Shown here: in pieces, positions 18,859-26,418 of the stretch | How the letters are laid out: each line of letters begins with the position of its first letter | How positions within the stretch are numbered: position 1 is the first letter of the stretch | Origin: an uncultured Actinomycetes bacterium | GTDB lineage: Bacteria; Actinomycetota; Thermoleophilia; Gaiellales; JALYLC01 | Direction of reading: 5' to 3' | Assembly: GCA_963743275.1 (NCBI GenBank) | Contig: CAVUPB010000011.1 | Coordinates: 72,153-136,152, forward strand | Length of the DNA stretch: 64,000 nt | Notes under the pieces: model-generated | Told to the model about the DNA's origin: nothing | Databases searched by the model: none | What the model saw: the letters and a program-made list of their open reading frames with translations, nothing else | Program-made: the position numbers and the translations under genes

Positions 18859-19140
18859 ATGATCCCACTGCATCGACTCACCCACCCCACGCTTCCGCTG
18901 TACCTCAACCCGGACCTGATCCAGACGATCGAGGCGACGCCGGACACGGTCGTCGCCCTCACCAACTCGTCGCGGTTCGTCGTCAACGAGACGCCCGCCG
19001 AGGTGCTGACGATGATCCGCGACTGGCGCGCCGGCATCATCGCGAAGGCGCTCGAGGGTGACCTGAGCACCCCGCCGGCGGCACTCGCCCAGGTCGTGCA
19101 CCTGAGCCAGTGCGTCGACCCGTCGGCGCACGATTCCTGA
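18859..19140 (+). CDS. flbD: Flagellar protein FlbD
   Basis: MIPLHRLTHPTLPLYLNPDLIQTIEATPDTVVALTNSSRFVVNETPAEV is the typical FlbD sequence. Confidence 0.85.
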   Translation: MIPLHRLTHPTLPLYLNPDLIQTIEATPDTVVALTNSSRFVVNETPAEVLTMIRDWRAGIIAKALEGDLSTPPAALAQVVHLSQCVDPSAHDS

Positions 19141-19223
19141 AAAGTGATCTTTGAGCGCGACCGGTCGATAACCGGATGGTGGCCACGGACGGCCACTCGC
19201 AATCTCCAACGGACTGGAGCGAA

Positions 19224-20060
19224 GTGAAGGCGAATACCGCAATCGGAGTCATCGGCGCCATCGCGTGCCTGATGATCGCGGTGATCATGGAGGGCGGCCA
19301 GCCTGCGTCGCTCCTCAACATCCCTGCGCTGCTGATCGTGGTCGGCGGCACGGGCATGGCGACGTTCGCCTCCACGACCATGGAGGGGATCAAGAACATC
19401 CCGCGGCTCTACAAGAAGTCGTTCGGCGGCTCCGACGTCGATCCGGCCGCGGCGATCTCGCAGATGGTCGGGCTGGCCGAGAAGGCCCGTCGCGATGGCC
19501 TGCTCGCGCTCGAGGAGGAGCTCGCCGGGGTCGACGACGCATTCACCCGCACCGGCATCCAGCTCGTCGTCGACGGGACCGACTCCGATCTCGTCCGCGA
19601 CATCCTGCAGTCGGAGATCGACGGCATGAGCTCGCGGCACCGCGCCGGCGGCCATCTCTTCGCGACGGCGGGCGGGTTCGCGCCGACGCTCGGCATCCTC
19701 GGCACCGTGCTCAGCCTCGTCCACGTGCTCGAGAACCTCTCGAGCCCCGGCAAGCTCGGCCACGCGATCGCCGGCGCCTTCCTGGCCACGCTCTACGGCG
19801 TCGGCAGCGCGAACCTGATCTTCCTCCCGATCGCCAACAAGCTCAAGGAGCTGTCGGCGGTCGAGCTGCTCTACCGCGAGATGCTGCTCGAGGCGGTGCT
19901 CTCGATCCAGGCGGGCGACAACCCGCGCATGCTGCGCGAGAAGCTCGAGACGTTCATCGAGCCCGGCGCCCGCGGCGCCGAGCGCGAGGCCGCGCCTGCG
20001 CCGGTCGCGGTCGCCGCCGCCGAGGAGCCCGCGCCGGCCGAGCTGGCGGAGGCGGCATGA
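19224..20060 (+). CDS. motA: Flagellar motor stator protein MotA
   Basis: MotA/TolQ/ExbB channel sequence (GGFAPTLGILGTVLSLVHVL, AIAGAFLATLYGVGSANLIFLPIANKL). GTG 19224 has GGAG 5 nt upstream. The ORF track starts at 19176. Confidence 0.85.
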   Translation: MKANTAIGVIGAIACLMIAVIMEGGQPASLLNIPALLIVVGGTGMATFASTTMEGIKNIPRLYKKSFGGSDVDPAAAISQMVGLAEKARRDGLLALEEELAGVDDAFTRTGIQLVVDGTDSDLVRDILQSEIDGMSSRHRAGGHLFATAGGFAPTLGILGTVLSLVHVLENLSSPGKLGHAIAGAFLATLYGVGSANLIFLPIANKLKELSAVELLYREMLLEAVLSIQAGDNPRMLREKLETFIEPGARGAEREAAPAPVAVAAAEEPAPAELAEAA

Positions 20061-20872
20061 GCAGCGCTGCAGCCAACCGGCGGCGGCGCCGCCACGCGCC
20101 GGAGGAGCACGTCGACGAGCGCTGGCTCCTGACCTACAGCGACATGATCACGCTGCTGATGGCGCTGTTCCTCGTGCTGTGGGCGATCTCGTCGGTGAAC
20201 GTCTCGAAGTTCGCCGAGCTCAAGGTCTCGCTCCACCAGGCGTTCTCGGGCAAGGTGCTGGAGGGCAGCGGCAAGGTGCTCACCGGCGGGCAGGCGGCGA
20301 TGGCCCAGAACGGCTCCCCGGTCTCGCTGCCGATGCAGAACCCACCGCCGGCCTTCAAGATGATCTCGATCAGGGCCTCGCTGCAGGACGCCGCGCAACG
20401 GCAGGACGCCGAGAACCTGCGGCGCCTCCAGCGGCAGGTCGACGCGTACGCGCGCGCGCACGACATGTCCGCGCAGATCCGGACCTCGATCCAGGAGCGG
20501 GGCCTCGTCATCCACGTCCTCACCGACGCGGTGCTGTTCGACTCCGGGCAGGCGACGCTCAAGCAGCCGGCGCCTCTGCTCGGCGAGATCGCGCATCTGG
20601 TGACGCGTACGGGGATCGTCAACCCCATGCGCATCGAGGGCAATACCGACGACATCCCCGTCTCCCCGGGGAAGTTCCGCTCGAACTGGGAGCTGTCCTC
20701 CGCACGAGCCAATGCGGTGCTCGAGTTCATGCTGGCCCACGGCGTCGCCGCACGTCGCCTTTCGACGGTCGGCTACGGCGCTCAGCACCCGATCGCGTCG
20801 AACGCGACGGCGTCGGGCCGCAGCCGCAACCGGCGCGTCAGCCTCGTCCTCCTCCGCCGCACATTCCGCTGA
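20057..20872 (+). CDS. motB: Flagellar motor stator protein MotB (OmpA-like C-terminal domain)
   Basis: ATGA overlap with motA. ERWLLTYSDMITLLMALFLVLW plug/TM region and OmpA-like NWELSSARANAV...GRSRNRRVSLVLL. Confidence 0.85.
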   Translation: MSSAAANRRRRRHAPEEHVDERWLLTYSDMITLLMALFLVLWAISSVNVSKFAELKVSLHQAFSGKVLEGSGKVLTGGQAAMAQNGSPVSLPMQNPPPAFKMISIRASLQDAAQRQDAENLRRLQRQVDAYARAHDMSAQIRTSIQERGLVIHVLTDAVLFDSGQATLKQPAPLLGEIAHLVTRTGIVNPMRIEGNTDDIPVSPGKFRSNWELSSARANAVLEFMLAHGVAARRLSTVGYGAQHPIASNATASGRSRNRRVSLVLLRRTFR

Positions 20873-20892
20873 CCCGAAGAGAGCCGACACAC

Positions 20893-21315
20893 ATGAAGAA
20901 GAAGCTGCTCATAGCGCTGCCCCTCGTCCTGCTGCCGGTCGCCTACCTCGGCTACACGCAGTTCCTGACGGCGAAGCCCAAGCACACCGTCATGAAGATC
21001 GAGGGGTCGCTCGTCAGCGTCGGCGAGCCGTTCACGCTGAACCTCGCCCACGGCCGCTTTGCCCGCCTCTCGGTCTCGCTGCTCGTGACGAAGGCGCCGG
21101 CCGCCGACCCGGCTGCGCCGGCGGGCACGCCCGTCCTGCCGCAGAACGACGCCGTCCGCGCGATCGTCACCGACGTGCTGACCGGCGTCGACCCTTCGGC
21201 CCTGATCGCGGCGCGCCCGCGGCATGGCCTGCAGGTGAAGATCCTCGACGACATCAAGAAATCGACGGACGTGCCGGTTACCAGGCTGCTGTTCACCGAT
21301 CTGGCCGTCCAGTGA
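20893..21315 (+). CDS. fliL: Flagellar basal-body-associated protein FliL
   Basis: 140 aa with a single N-terminal TM (MKKKLLIALPLVLLPVAYLG) and FTLNLAHGRFARLSVSLLV...RLLFTDLAVQ. Confidence 0.75.
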   Translation: MKKKLLIALPLVLLPVAYLGYTQFLTAKPKHTVMKIEGSLVSVGEPFTLNLAHGRFARLSVSLLVTKAPAADPAAPAGTPVLPQNDAVRAIVTDVLTGVDPSALIAARPRHGLQVKILDDIKKSTDVPVTRLLFTDLAVQ

Positions 21316-21337
21316 TCTGCCGAACCAGGGGAGAGAG

Positions 21338-21694
21338 ATGACCGACAACTACGACAGCACCGCGATCGACGCCCGGCCCGCCGCGCCCTCGCTCGACGAG
21401 CTCGGCCCGGCCGGGAGCGCGGAGGACGGCGACGACCTCACGCTCGTCCTCGACGTGCGCGTCGAGATCGCAGTCGAGATCGGCCGTGCGACCATGAGCA
21501 TCCGCGAGACGATGGCGCTCGCGCCGGGATCGGTCGTCGCGCTCAAGAAGCCCGCCGGAGAGGCCGTCGACCTGCTCGTCAACGGCAAGCGGATCGCGCG
21601 CGGCGAGGTCGTGACGATCGACGAGGAGTACGGCCTCCGCATCACCGAGCTCGTCGCACCCGCCCATGGCTTGGACGCCGGCCTCGCCGCCTGA
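21338..21694 (+). CDS. fliN: Flagellar motor switch protein FliN (SpoA domain)
   Basis: VRVEIAVEIGRATMSIRETMALAPGSVVALKKPAGEAVDLLVNGKRIARGEVVTIDEEYGLRITEL. Confidence 0.85.
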   Translation: MTDNYDSTAIDARPAAPSLDELGPAGSAEDGDDLTLVLDVRVEIAVEIGRATMSIRETMALAPGSVVALKKPAGEAVDLLVNGKRIARGEVVTIDEEYGLRITELVAPAHGLDAGLAA

Positions 21695-21735
21695 CGGTGC
21701 GCCCGGGGTCGGACCCCGGGCGCGCCGCCGGCGGC

Positions 21736-21762
21736 TCAACTCACCCGCGCGGCCGCCGATAA
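21736..21762 (+). promoter_or_regulatory. Sigma-28-type promoter spaced for a leaderless methyltransferase mRNA
   Basis: TCAA-N15-GCCGATAA, with only 7 nt between the -10 element and GTG 21770. Confidence 0.55.
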
Positions 21763-21769
21763 ACCGCCC

Positions 21770-22822
21770 GTGAACGCCAGTGCAGCCCCAGGTGTCCGCG
21801 AGGACTGCGGCGACGACGGCTATTTCGAGTTCACGCGTCCGGAGTTGCGCGCGCTCGTGCCCGCCTCCGCCCGCCGCGTGCTCGACGTCGGCTGTGGCGC
21901 CGGCGCCCTCGGCGCCGCGCTGAAGGCGGAGCGAGGCTGCGCCGTCGTCGGGCTGGAAGGCTTCCCGGACGCCGCGGCGCGCGCCCGCGCGCGCCTCGAC
22001 GAGGTGCTCGAGCTCGACCTCGACGCGCTCGAGGCGCTGCCGCATGCGGCCGGCGGATTCGACGCGATGGTCTTCGGCGACGTCCTCGAGCACCTGCGCG
22101 ACCCGAAGCGGCTGCTGGAGGCGCTGCTGCCGTCGCTCGCGGAGGCGGGGGCGCTCGTCTTCTCGATCCCCAACGTCAGGCACTGGTCGGTCGTCTTCCC
22201 GCTGCTCGTGAACGACGCGTGGGAGTACACCGATGCCGGGCTCCTCGACCGCACGCACGTCCACTTCTTCACGCTCAAGGAGTTCTGCGCCCTGCTCGCC
22301 GACCTCGGCCTCGAGGCGACGCACGTGGGCGTCAACGATCACATGCCGCTGCCGGCCCAGCTGCTGCCGCTCGCCGATCTGGCGGCGGTCTACGGCGCCG
22401 ACCGCGAGCAGGCGGCGCAGGGGCTCGGCGCGTACCAGTATCTGATCGTCGCCCGGCGGCAGCCGCGCGACGACGCCAGGCCGTTCGTCTCCGTCGCGTT
22501 CCTCGACGAGCTGGTCGCGGCGCCCGAGATGCTCCACGACTACGCCCGCGCGTTCGACGGCCGGCCCGGCACCACGCTCGCGGTGCTCGCGCCGGGCGAG
22601 GACCCGGGCGACCTCGCGCTGGCGTTCGAGCCGGTGGTGGCGGCCCTCGGCCTCGACCGGCCGGGCAGCGCAGATGTCGTCCTCCTGACGGATCCGGACG
22701 CAGGCGACGGCCTCGCGGAGATCGCGGACGCGCTCTTCACGCGCGTCGGGCGCGACGGCTTCTGCACCGCCGCCCCCCGGATCGGCGACGCGAACGCCCT
22801 CGCAGACGCCTCGCGGCGCTGA
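21770..22822 (+). CDS. SAM-dependent methyltransferase fused to an uncharacterised ~95-aa C-terminal module, a probable flagellin-modification enzyme
   Basis: N-terminal VLDVGCGAGALGAALK...FDAMVFGDVLEHLRDP...LVFSIPNVRHW...THVHFFT. The C-terminal PFVSVAFLDELVAAPEMLHDYARAFDGRPGTTLAVLAPG...GLDRPGSADVVLLT is homologous to the N-terminus of the 42606..43793 product. Confidence 0.8.
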   Translation: MNASAAPGVREDCGDDGYFEFTRPELRALVPASARRVLDVGCGAGALGAALKAERGCAVVGLEGFPDAAARARARLDEVLELDLDALEALPHAAGGFDAMVFGDVLEHLRDPKRLLEALLPSLAEAGALVFSIPNVRHWSVVFPLLVNDAWEYTDAGLLDRTHVHFFTLKEFCALLADLGLEATHVGVNDHMPLPAQLLPLADLAAVYGADREQAAQGLGAYQYLIVARRQPRDDARPFVSVAFLDELVAAPEMLHDYARAFDGRPGTTLAVLAPGEDPGDLALAFEPVVAALGLDRPGSADVVLLTDPDAGDGLAEIADALFTRVGRDGFCTAAPRIGDANALADASRR

Positions 22823-22823
22823 C

Positions 22824-22930
22824 GCAAAGTTGGGGTCAGACCCCAACTTTGCACGCGCGAGACGACGCGGGACACCAGAGCGCCCGTGCACAGTTGGGGT
22901 CTGACCCCAACTTGCTGACCCCAACGTGCA
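22824..22930. repeat. Palindromic repeat cluster 1 (two 29-nt units plus an extra half-arm)
   Basis: GCAAAGTTGGGGTCAGACCCCAACTTTGC (22824-22852, perfect), GCACAGTTGGGGTCTGACCCCAACTTGC (22888-22915) and an extra GACCCCAACGTGCA (22917-22930). Confidence 0.9.
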
Positions 22931-22931
22931 G

Positions 22932-23210
22932 CTACGCGACGTGGAGATCGCCGCGCGCGAGGCCGTAGGCCCAGACCAGCGTCTCCGCGACCGCCTGGTA
23001 GAGCTCGGGCGGCACCTCGCCGCCGAGCTCGAGGGCGGCCAGCGCCTCGCTCAGGAGCGCGTCCTCGCGGATCGGCACGCCCGCCTCGCGCGCCGCCGCG
23101 ACGATCGCGTCGGCCACGAGTCCCTGCCCGGCCGCCACGACGATCGGGGCGGCGGCCCCGTTCGCCGTGTCGTAGCGGAGCGCTGCCGCCTTGTGCCTAC
23201 GCGTAGGCAT
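22932..23210 (-). CDS. Stand-alone FlhB C-terminal-domain-like protein (EscU/YscU/HrcU family, YlqH-like)
   Basis: 92 aa. ALRYDTANGAAAPIVVAAGQGLVADAIVAAAREAGVPIREDALLSEAL matches the FlhB cytoplasmic domain after the autocleavage site. Confidence 0.75.
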   Translation of the reverse strand: MPTRRHKAAALRYDTANGAAAPIVVAAGQGLVADAIVAAAREAGVPIREDALLSEALAALELGGEVPPELYQAVAETLVWAYGLARGDLHVA

Positions 23211-23916
23211 CGAAGGACTCGTCCACTCGCGGGCGGGCGGGACGCGCGTGCTGCGGGCGTCGCGCGGCGACGTCGACGTGCGCCGGGCCGGCGCACGCGC
23301 GCTCGAGCGCGCCCGCGAGCTCCGGCGCAGCCGCGGCGAACCGCGAGCGCGCCTCCGGCTCGACGACCACCTCGACCCTGATCGAGCCGTCGGCGAGCCT
23401 CAGATGCGCCTCGATCGGGCCGAGCGTCGCCGAATGGAGGACGAACGACGCCTCGCTGCCGGTCTCCCGGGAACGGCTGCCCTCCTCGCGTCCCTCGTCG
23501 CCGGCCACCGCCAGCGCCAGCGCGTCGCCGTTCGGGAGCGGCAGCGCGAGTCCCGGCTGCTGGAGCTCGTGCGCGACCTGGAGGAGCCTGCCGTCGCCGG
23601 CGAGCGCGAGCGCGCCCGCGGCCTGCGCCATGCGCCCGGCCGAGCCCGCCTCCGCGGCCGCTCCGGCCCCGTTCCTGATCTGCAGGAGCACCTCGTCGCC
23701 GTGGCTGCGGACGACCCGCACGGGCAGCCGCTGCCCGGGCGCGAGGCCGGCCGGCAGCTGCACCGAGAGCAGGATCCCCGCGAGCGAGATCACGCCGCGC
23801 CCGCCGTTCTGCGGCGCGGCGTCCACGCGCACCACGATGTCCGCACCCGGACGCAGCGCGAGCTCTTCGAGCAGCGCTCCGGCGGCGACCTGGCGGGCGA
23901 GGGTGGTGACTTCCAT
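23197..23916 (-). CDS. Second FliK-like protein (Flg_hook-type C-terminal domain)
   Basis: ASFVLHSATLGPIEAHLRLADGSIRVEVVVEPEARSRFAAAAPELAGALERA resembles the FliK C-terminal domain. It overlaps the downstream FlhB-CTD-like gene by 14 nt. The start is ATG 23916 or TTG 23952. Confidence 0.55.
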   Translation of the reverse strand: MEVTTLARQVAAGALLEELALRPGADIVVRVDAAPQNGGRGVISLAGILLSVQLPAGLAPGQRLPVRVVRSHGDEVLLQIRNGAGAAAEAGSAGRMAQAAGALALAGDGRLLQVAHELQQPGLALPLPNGDALALAVAGDEGREEGSRSRETGSEASFVLHSATLGPIEAHLRLADGSIRVEVVVEPEARSRFAAAAPELAGALERACAGPAHVDVAARRPQHARPARPRVDESFDAYA

Positions 23917-23917
23917 C

Positions 23918-23944
23918 TCAAGTTCGCGAGGTACGTGCCGACGA
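23918..23944 (+). promoter_or_regulatory. Sigma-28-type promoter for the flgF-flgG...fliC unit
   Basis: TCAA-N15-GCCGACGA, 45 nt upstream of the flgF ATG. Confidence 0.45.
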
Positions 23945-23979
23945 CTCGGCAACGGAAAGGGCAGTCCCCGCTCTCTCCG

Positions 23980-24006
23980 TTATCGACCAATGGATCGCGG
24001 CCTCTA
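23980..24006 (-). promoter_or_regulatory. Weaker sigma-28-like promoter for the FliK-like / FlhB-CTD-like pair
   Basis: On the minus strand, TAGA-N15-GTCGATAA. It overlaps the flgF start codon region. Confidence 0.3.
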
Positions 24007-24712
24007 CATCGCAGCCTCCGGCATGCTCGCCGAGCTCACGCGTCAGGACCAGATCGCCAACGATCTGGCCAACGCGTCGACGCCGGGCTACCGCGGCGAC
24101 ACGGCGGCGCAGCAGAGCTTCGGCTCGCTGATGCTCTCCAACCGCGCGACCGGCCAGATCGTCGGCCCGCTCGCACAGGGCGTCCAGATCGTCGGCAACA
24201 CCACCGACATGACGCCGGCGGCGCTCAAGCAGACCGACGAGCCGCTCGACATCGCACTCGACGGGGCGGGATTCTTCACGGTCCAGACGCCGGCGGGGAA
24301 GCGCTACACCCGTGACGGGCAGCTCGTGATCGACCCGCAGGGACGGCTGGCGACGGCCACCGGCTTCCTCGTCCTCGACGACAAGGGCCGGCCGTTCAAG
24401 GTCGGCACCGCCACCGCCCTCGTGATCGGGTCCGACGGCGCGGTCACGAGCGCCGGCAAGGCCGTGGCGCGCCTGGGGGTCGTCTCGCTGACGAACCCGG
24501 TCAAGCAGGGCGACACGCTGTTTGCGGGCACCGCCGCGCCGCGTCCGGCGGCCACGCGGGTCGTGCAGGGCTCGCTCGAGGGCTCGGGCGTCAACCCGAT
24601 CAGCGCGATGGTCGCGATGCTGACGTCGCTGCGCGCCTTCGAGGCCGGCCAGAAGGCCGTCCAGACGATCGACGAGACGCTGCAAAAGGGCATCTCCGTG
24701 GGCGGCGTCTGA
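23990..24712 (+). CDS. flgF: Flagellar basal-body rod protein (FlgF/FlgG family)
   Basis: MDRGLYIAASGMLAELTRQDQIANDLANASTPGYR and C-terminal GSLEGSGVNPISAMVAMLTSLRAFEAGQKAVQTIDETL. Confidence 0.8.
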   Translation: MDRGLYIAASGMLAELTRQDQIANDLANASTPGYRGDTAAQQSFGSLMLSNRATGQIVGPLAQGVQIVGNTTDMTPAALKQTDEPLDIALDGAGFFTVQTPAGKRYTRDGQLVIDPQGRLATATGFLVLDDKGRPFKVGTATALVIGSDGAVTSAGKAVARLGVVSLTNPVKQGDTLFAGTAAPRPAATRVVQGSLEGSGVNPISAMVAMLTSLRAFEAGQKAVQTIDETLQKGISVGGV

Positions 24713-24873
24713 GATGGATCCGGGTGCGAGCTAAATCCATGGACGCCCTGGTCGATGACCGTGCAGTCGGAGAGGGAACCCGCGGGCCGGACTGCATCGC
24801 GCAGAAGCCTCGGGGGATCGCAGACGTCGATCTCCCCACCCCTCTCGAAGGTACGAGGAAAGGCTAGGGCTTC

Positions 24874-25599
24874 ATGGCGAACGGGATCTATGCCGCCGCC
24901 GCCGGCATGGCGGCGCAGCAGGTTCGGCTCGACGCGATCGCGAACGACCTGGCCAACGCCGGCACGTTCGGCTACAAGAGCGAGCGGGTCGGATTCCGCG
25001 ATCTGCTCTACGGCGCCGAGCAGGGCGTGGCGGTCGGTTCGGGATCGGCCGCCGTCGACCTCGGCCGCTCCGACGTCCAGGGCGGGCTCACCACGTCGAA
25101 CAGCCCGCTCTCGCTCGCGATCTCGGGCCCGGGCTTCTTCCAGGTCAAGCGCACCGACGGCAGCGTCGCGCTGACGCGCAACGGCGCCTTCCAGCTCGAC
25201 TCGCGGGGCAGGCTCGTGACGTCGAACGGCGAGCAGCTCGTCCCGCCGATCCGCGTGCCGGTGGGCACCCAGCCGCACGACGTGATCGTCGCGACCGACG
25301 GGACGGTCAGCCTCAAGGGCCGCAAGGTCGGCACGATCCGCCTGGTCACCGTCCCCGCGCCGGCCTCGCTGCAGTCGGTCGGCAACAGCTCGTTCGCGGC
25401 GACGCGCGCGAGCGGCGCCGCGCGCCCCGTGACCGCCGCGGGAGCGAAGGTCGTGCAGTCGCAGGAGGAGGGCTCGGACGTCGACATCGCGACCACGATG
25501 ACCGACATGCTCGACACGCAGCAGACGTACACGCTCGTGAGCCGCGCGCTCCAGACCCAAGACCAGCTCGCCCAGATCGCCAACGGGCTGAAGCGCTGA
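24874..25599 (+). CDS. flgG: Flagellar basal-body rod protein FlgG
   Basis: GIYAAAAGMAAQQVRLDAIANDLANAGTFGYK and C-terminal SDVDIATTMTDMLDTQQTYTLVSRALQTQDQL. Confidence 0.8.
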   Translation: MANGIYAAAAGMAAQQVRLDAIANDLANAGTFGYKSERVGFRDLLYGAEQGVAVGSGSAAVDLGRSDVQGGLTTSNSPLSLAISGPGFFQVKRTDGSVALTRNGAFQLDSRGRLVTSNGEQLVPPIRVPVGTQPHDVIVATDGTVSLKGRKVGTIRLVTVPAPASLQSVGNSSFAATRASGAARPVTAAGAKVVQSQEEGSDVDIATTMTDMLDTQQTYTLVSRALQTQDQLAQIANGLKR

Positions 25600-25603
25600 T
25601 CCC

Positions 25604-25939
25604 GTGGCCGACTCGCTGCCACCCGTCGACTCGGCTCTGATCCCGGCCTCCGTGCGCAGCGCGGGCCCGGAAGCGCAGAAGCTGTACACCGTCGCGCTCT
25701 CGTTCGAGCAGCTGCTCACCCAGCAGGTCACGCAGGCGCTCACGGCGACGATGCACGAGCCCGGGGACGACACGGACGGCTCCGGCGGCGACGCGAGCAC
25801 CGGCATGGCCGAGCAGATGCTGCCGGGTGCGCTCGCCCAGGGCATCACGCAGGCGGGCGGGCTCGGCCTCGCGGGCCAGCTCTACGAGGCGCTCGGCGGC
25901 GGAGCCGCCGCGCAGAGCGCCGCGAAGGCGGGCGCATGA
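25604..25939 (+). CDS. Rod-binding protein (like the FlgJ N-terminal domain)
   Basis: 111 aa. KLYTVALSFEQLLTQQVTQAL...AEQMLPGALAQGITQAGGLGLAGQLYEAL fits the Rod_binding pattern. Confidence 0.6.
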   Translation: MADSLPPVDSALIPASVRSAGPEAQKLYTVALSFEQLLTQQVTQALTATMHEPGDDTDGSGGDASTGMAEQMLPGALAQGITQAGGLGLAGQLYEALGGGAAAQSAAKAGA

Positions 25940-26415
25940 GCCGGCTGCTCGAGCACCTCGAGCGGCAGCTCGCGTCCTCGCGCCGCCTGCTCGAGATCGT
26001 CATCACGCAGCGCGGCGCGATCCGCCGGCAGGACGTCGAGACCGTCCTCGCGAGCCTGGCCGACGTCCAGGCCGAGATGAACCACCGCGCCCGCCTCGAG
26101 CAGGAGCGCGACAGCCTGCTCGCCGAGGTCGCGGGCGCGCGCGGCGCGGCGCCCGAGACGATCGGCCTCGAAGACGTGCTCCTCGGCCGCCCGCCCGCCG
26201 AATGCCTGCAGGCGCGCACGATGTCCGCCGAGCTGCGCGGCCTCGTCGTCGAGATCGGCCGCATCCACGAGCAGAACCGCGTCATGATCCGCCAGGAGCT
26301 GGCGTTTCTCGACCACCTCATGCGCGTGCTCTCCGGGACGCCGCAGGCCGGATACTCGCCCACGGGCTGGCTCAGCACCCCCCAGGCAGCGACCGTCGTC
26401 GACGCGAAGGCCTGA
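25936..26415 (+). CDS. flgN: FlgN-like flagellar export chaperone
   Basis: 159-aa helical protein immediately upstream of flgK-flgL, with ATGA overlap to the previous gene. LLEHLERQLASSRRLLEIVITQRGAIRRQD. Confidence 0.6.
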   Translation: MSRLLEHLERQLASSRRLLEIVITQRGAIRRQDVETVLASLADVQAEMNHRARLEQERDSLLAEVAGARGAAPETIGLEDVLLGRPPAECLQARTMSAELRGLVVEIGRIHEQNRVMIRQELAFLDHLMRVLSGTPQAGYSPTGWLSTPQAATVVDAKA

Positions 26416-26418
26416 GCC

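Noticed and set aside
19145-19171. GTCGATAA upstream of motA considered as another sigma-28 promoter
   Set aside because: The -35 position at 15-nt spacing reads TGAT, and the nearest A-rich tetramer gives a 20-nt spacer. It is too weak to list with the others.
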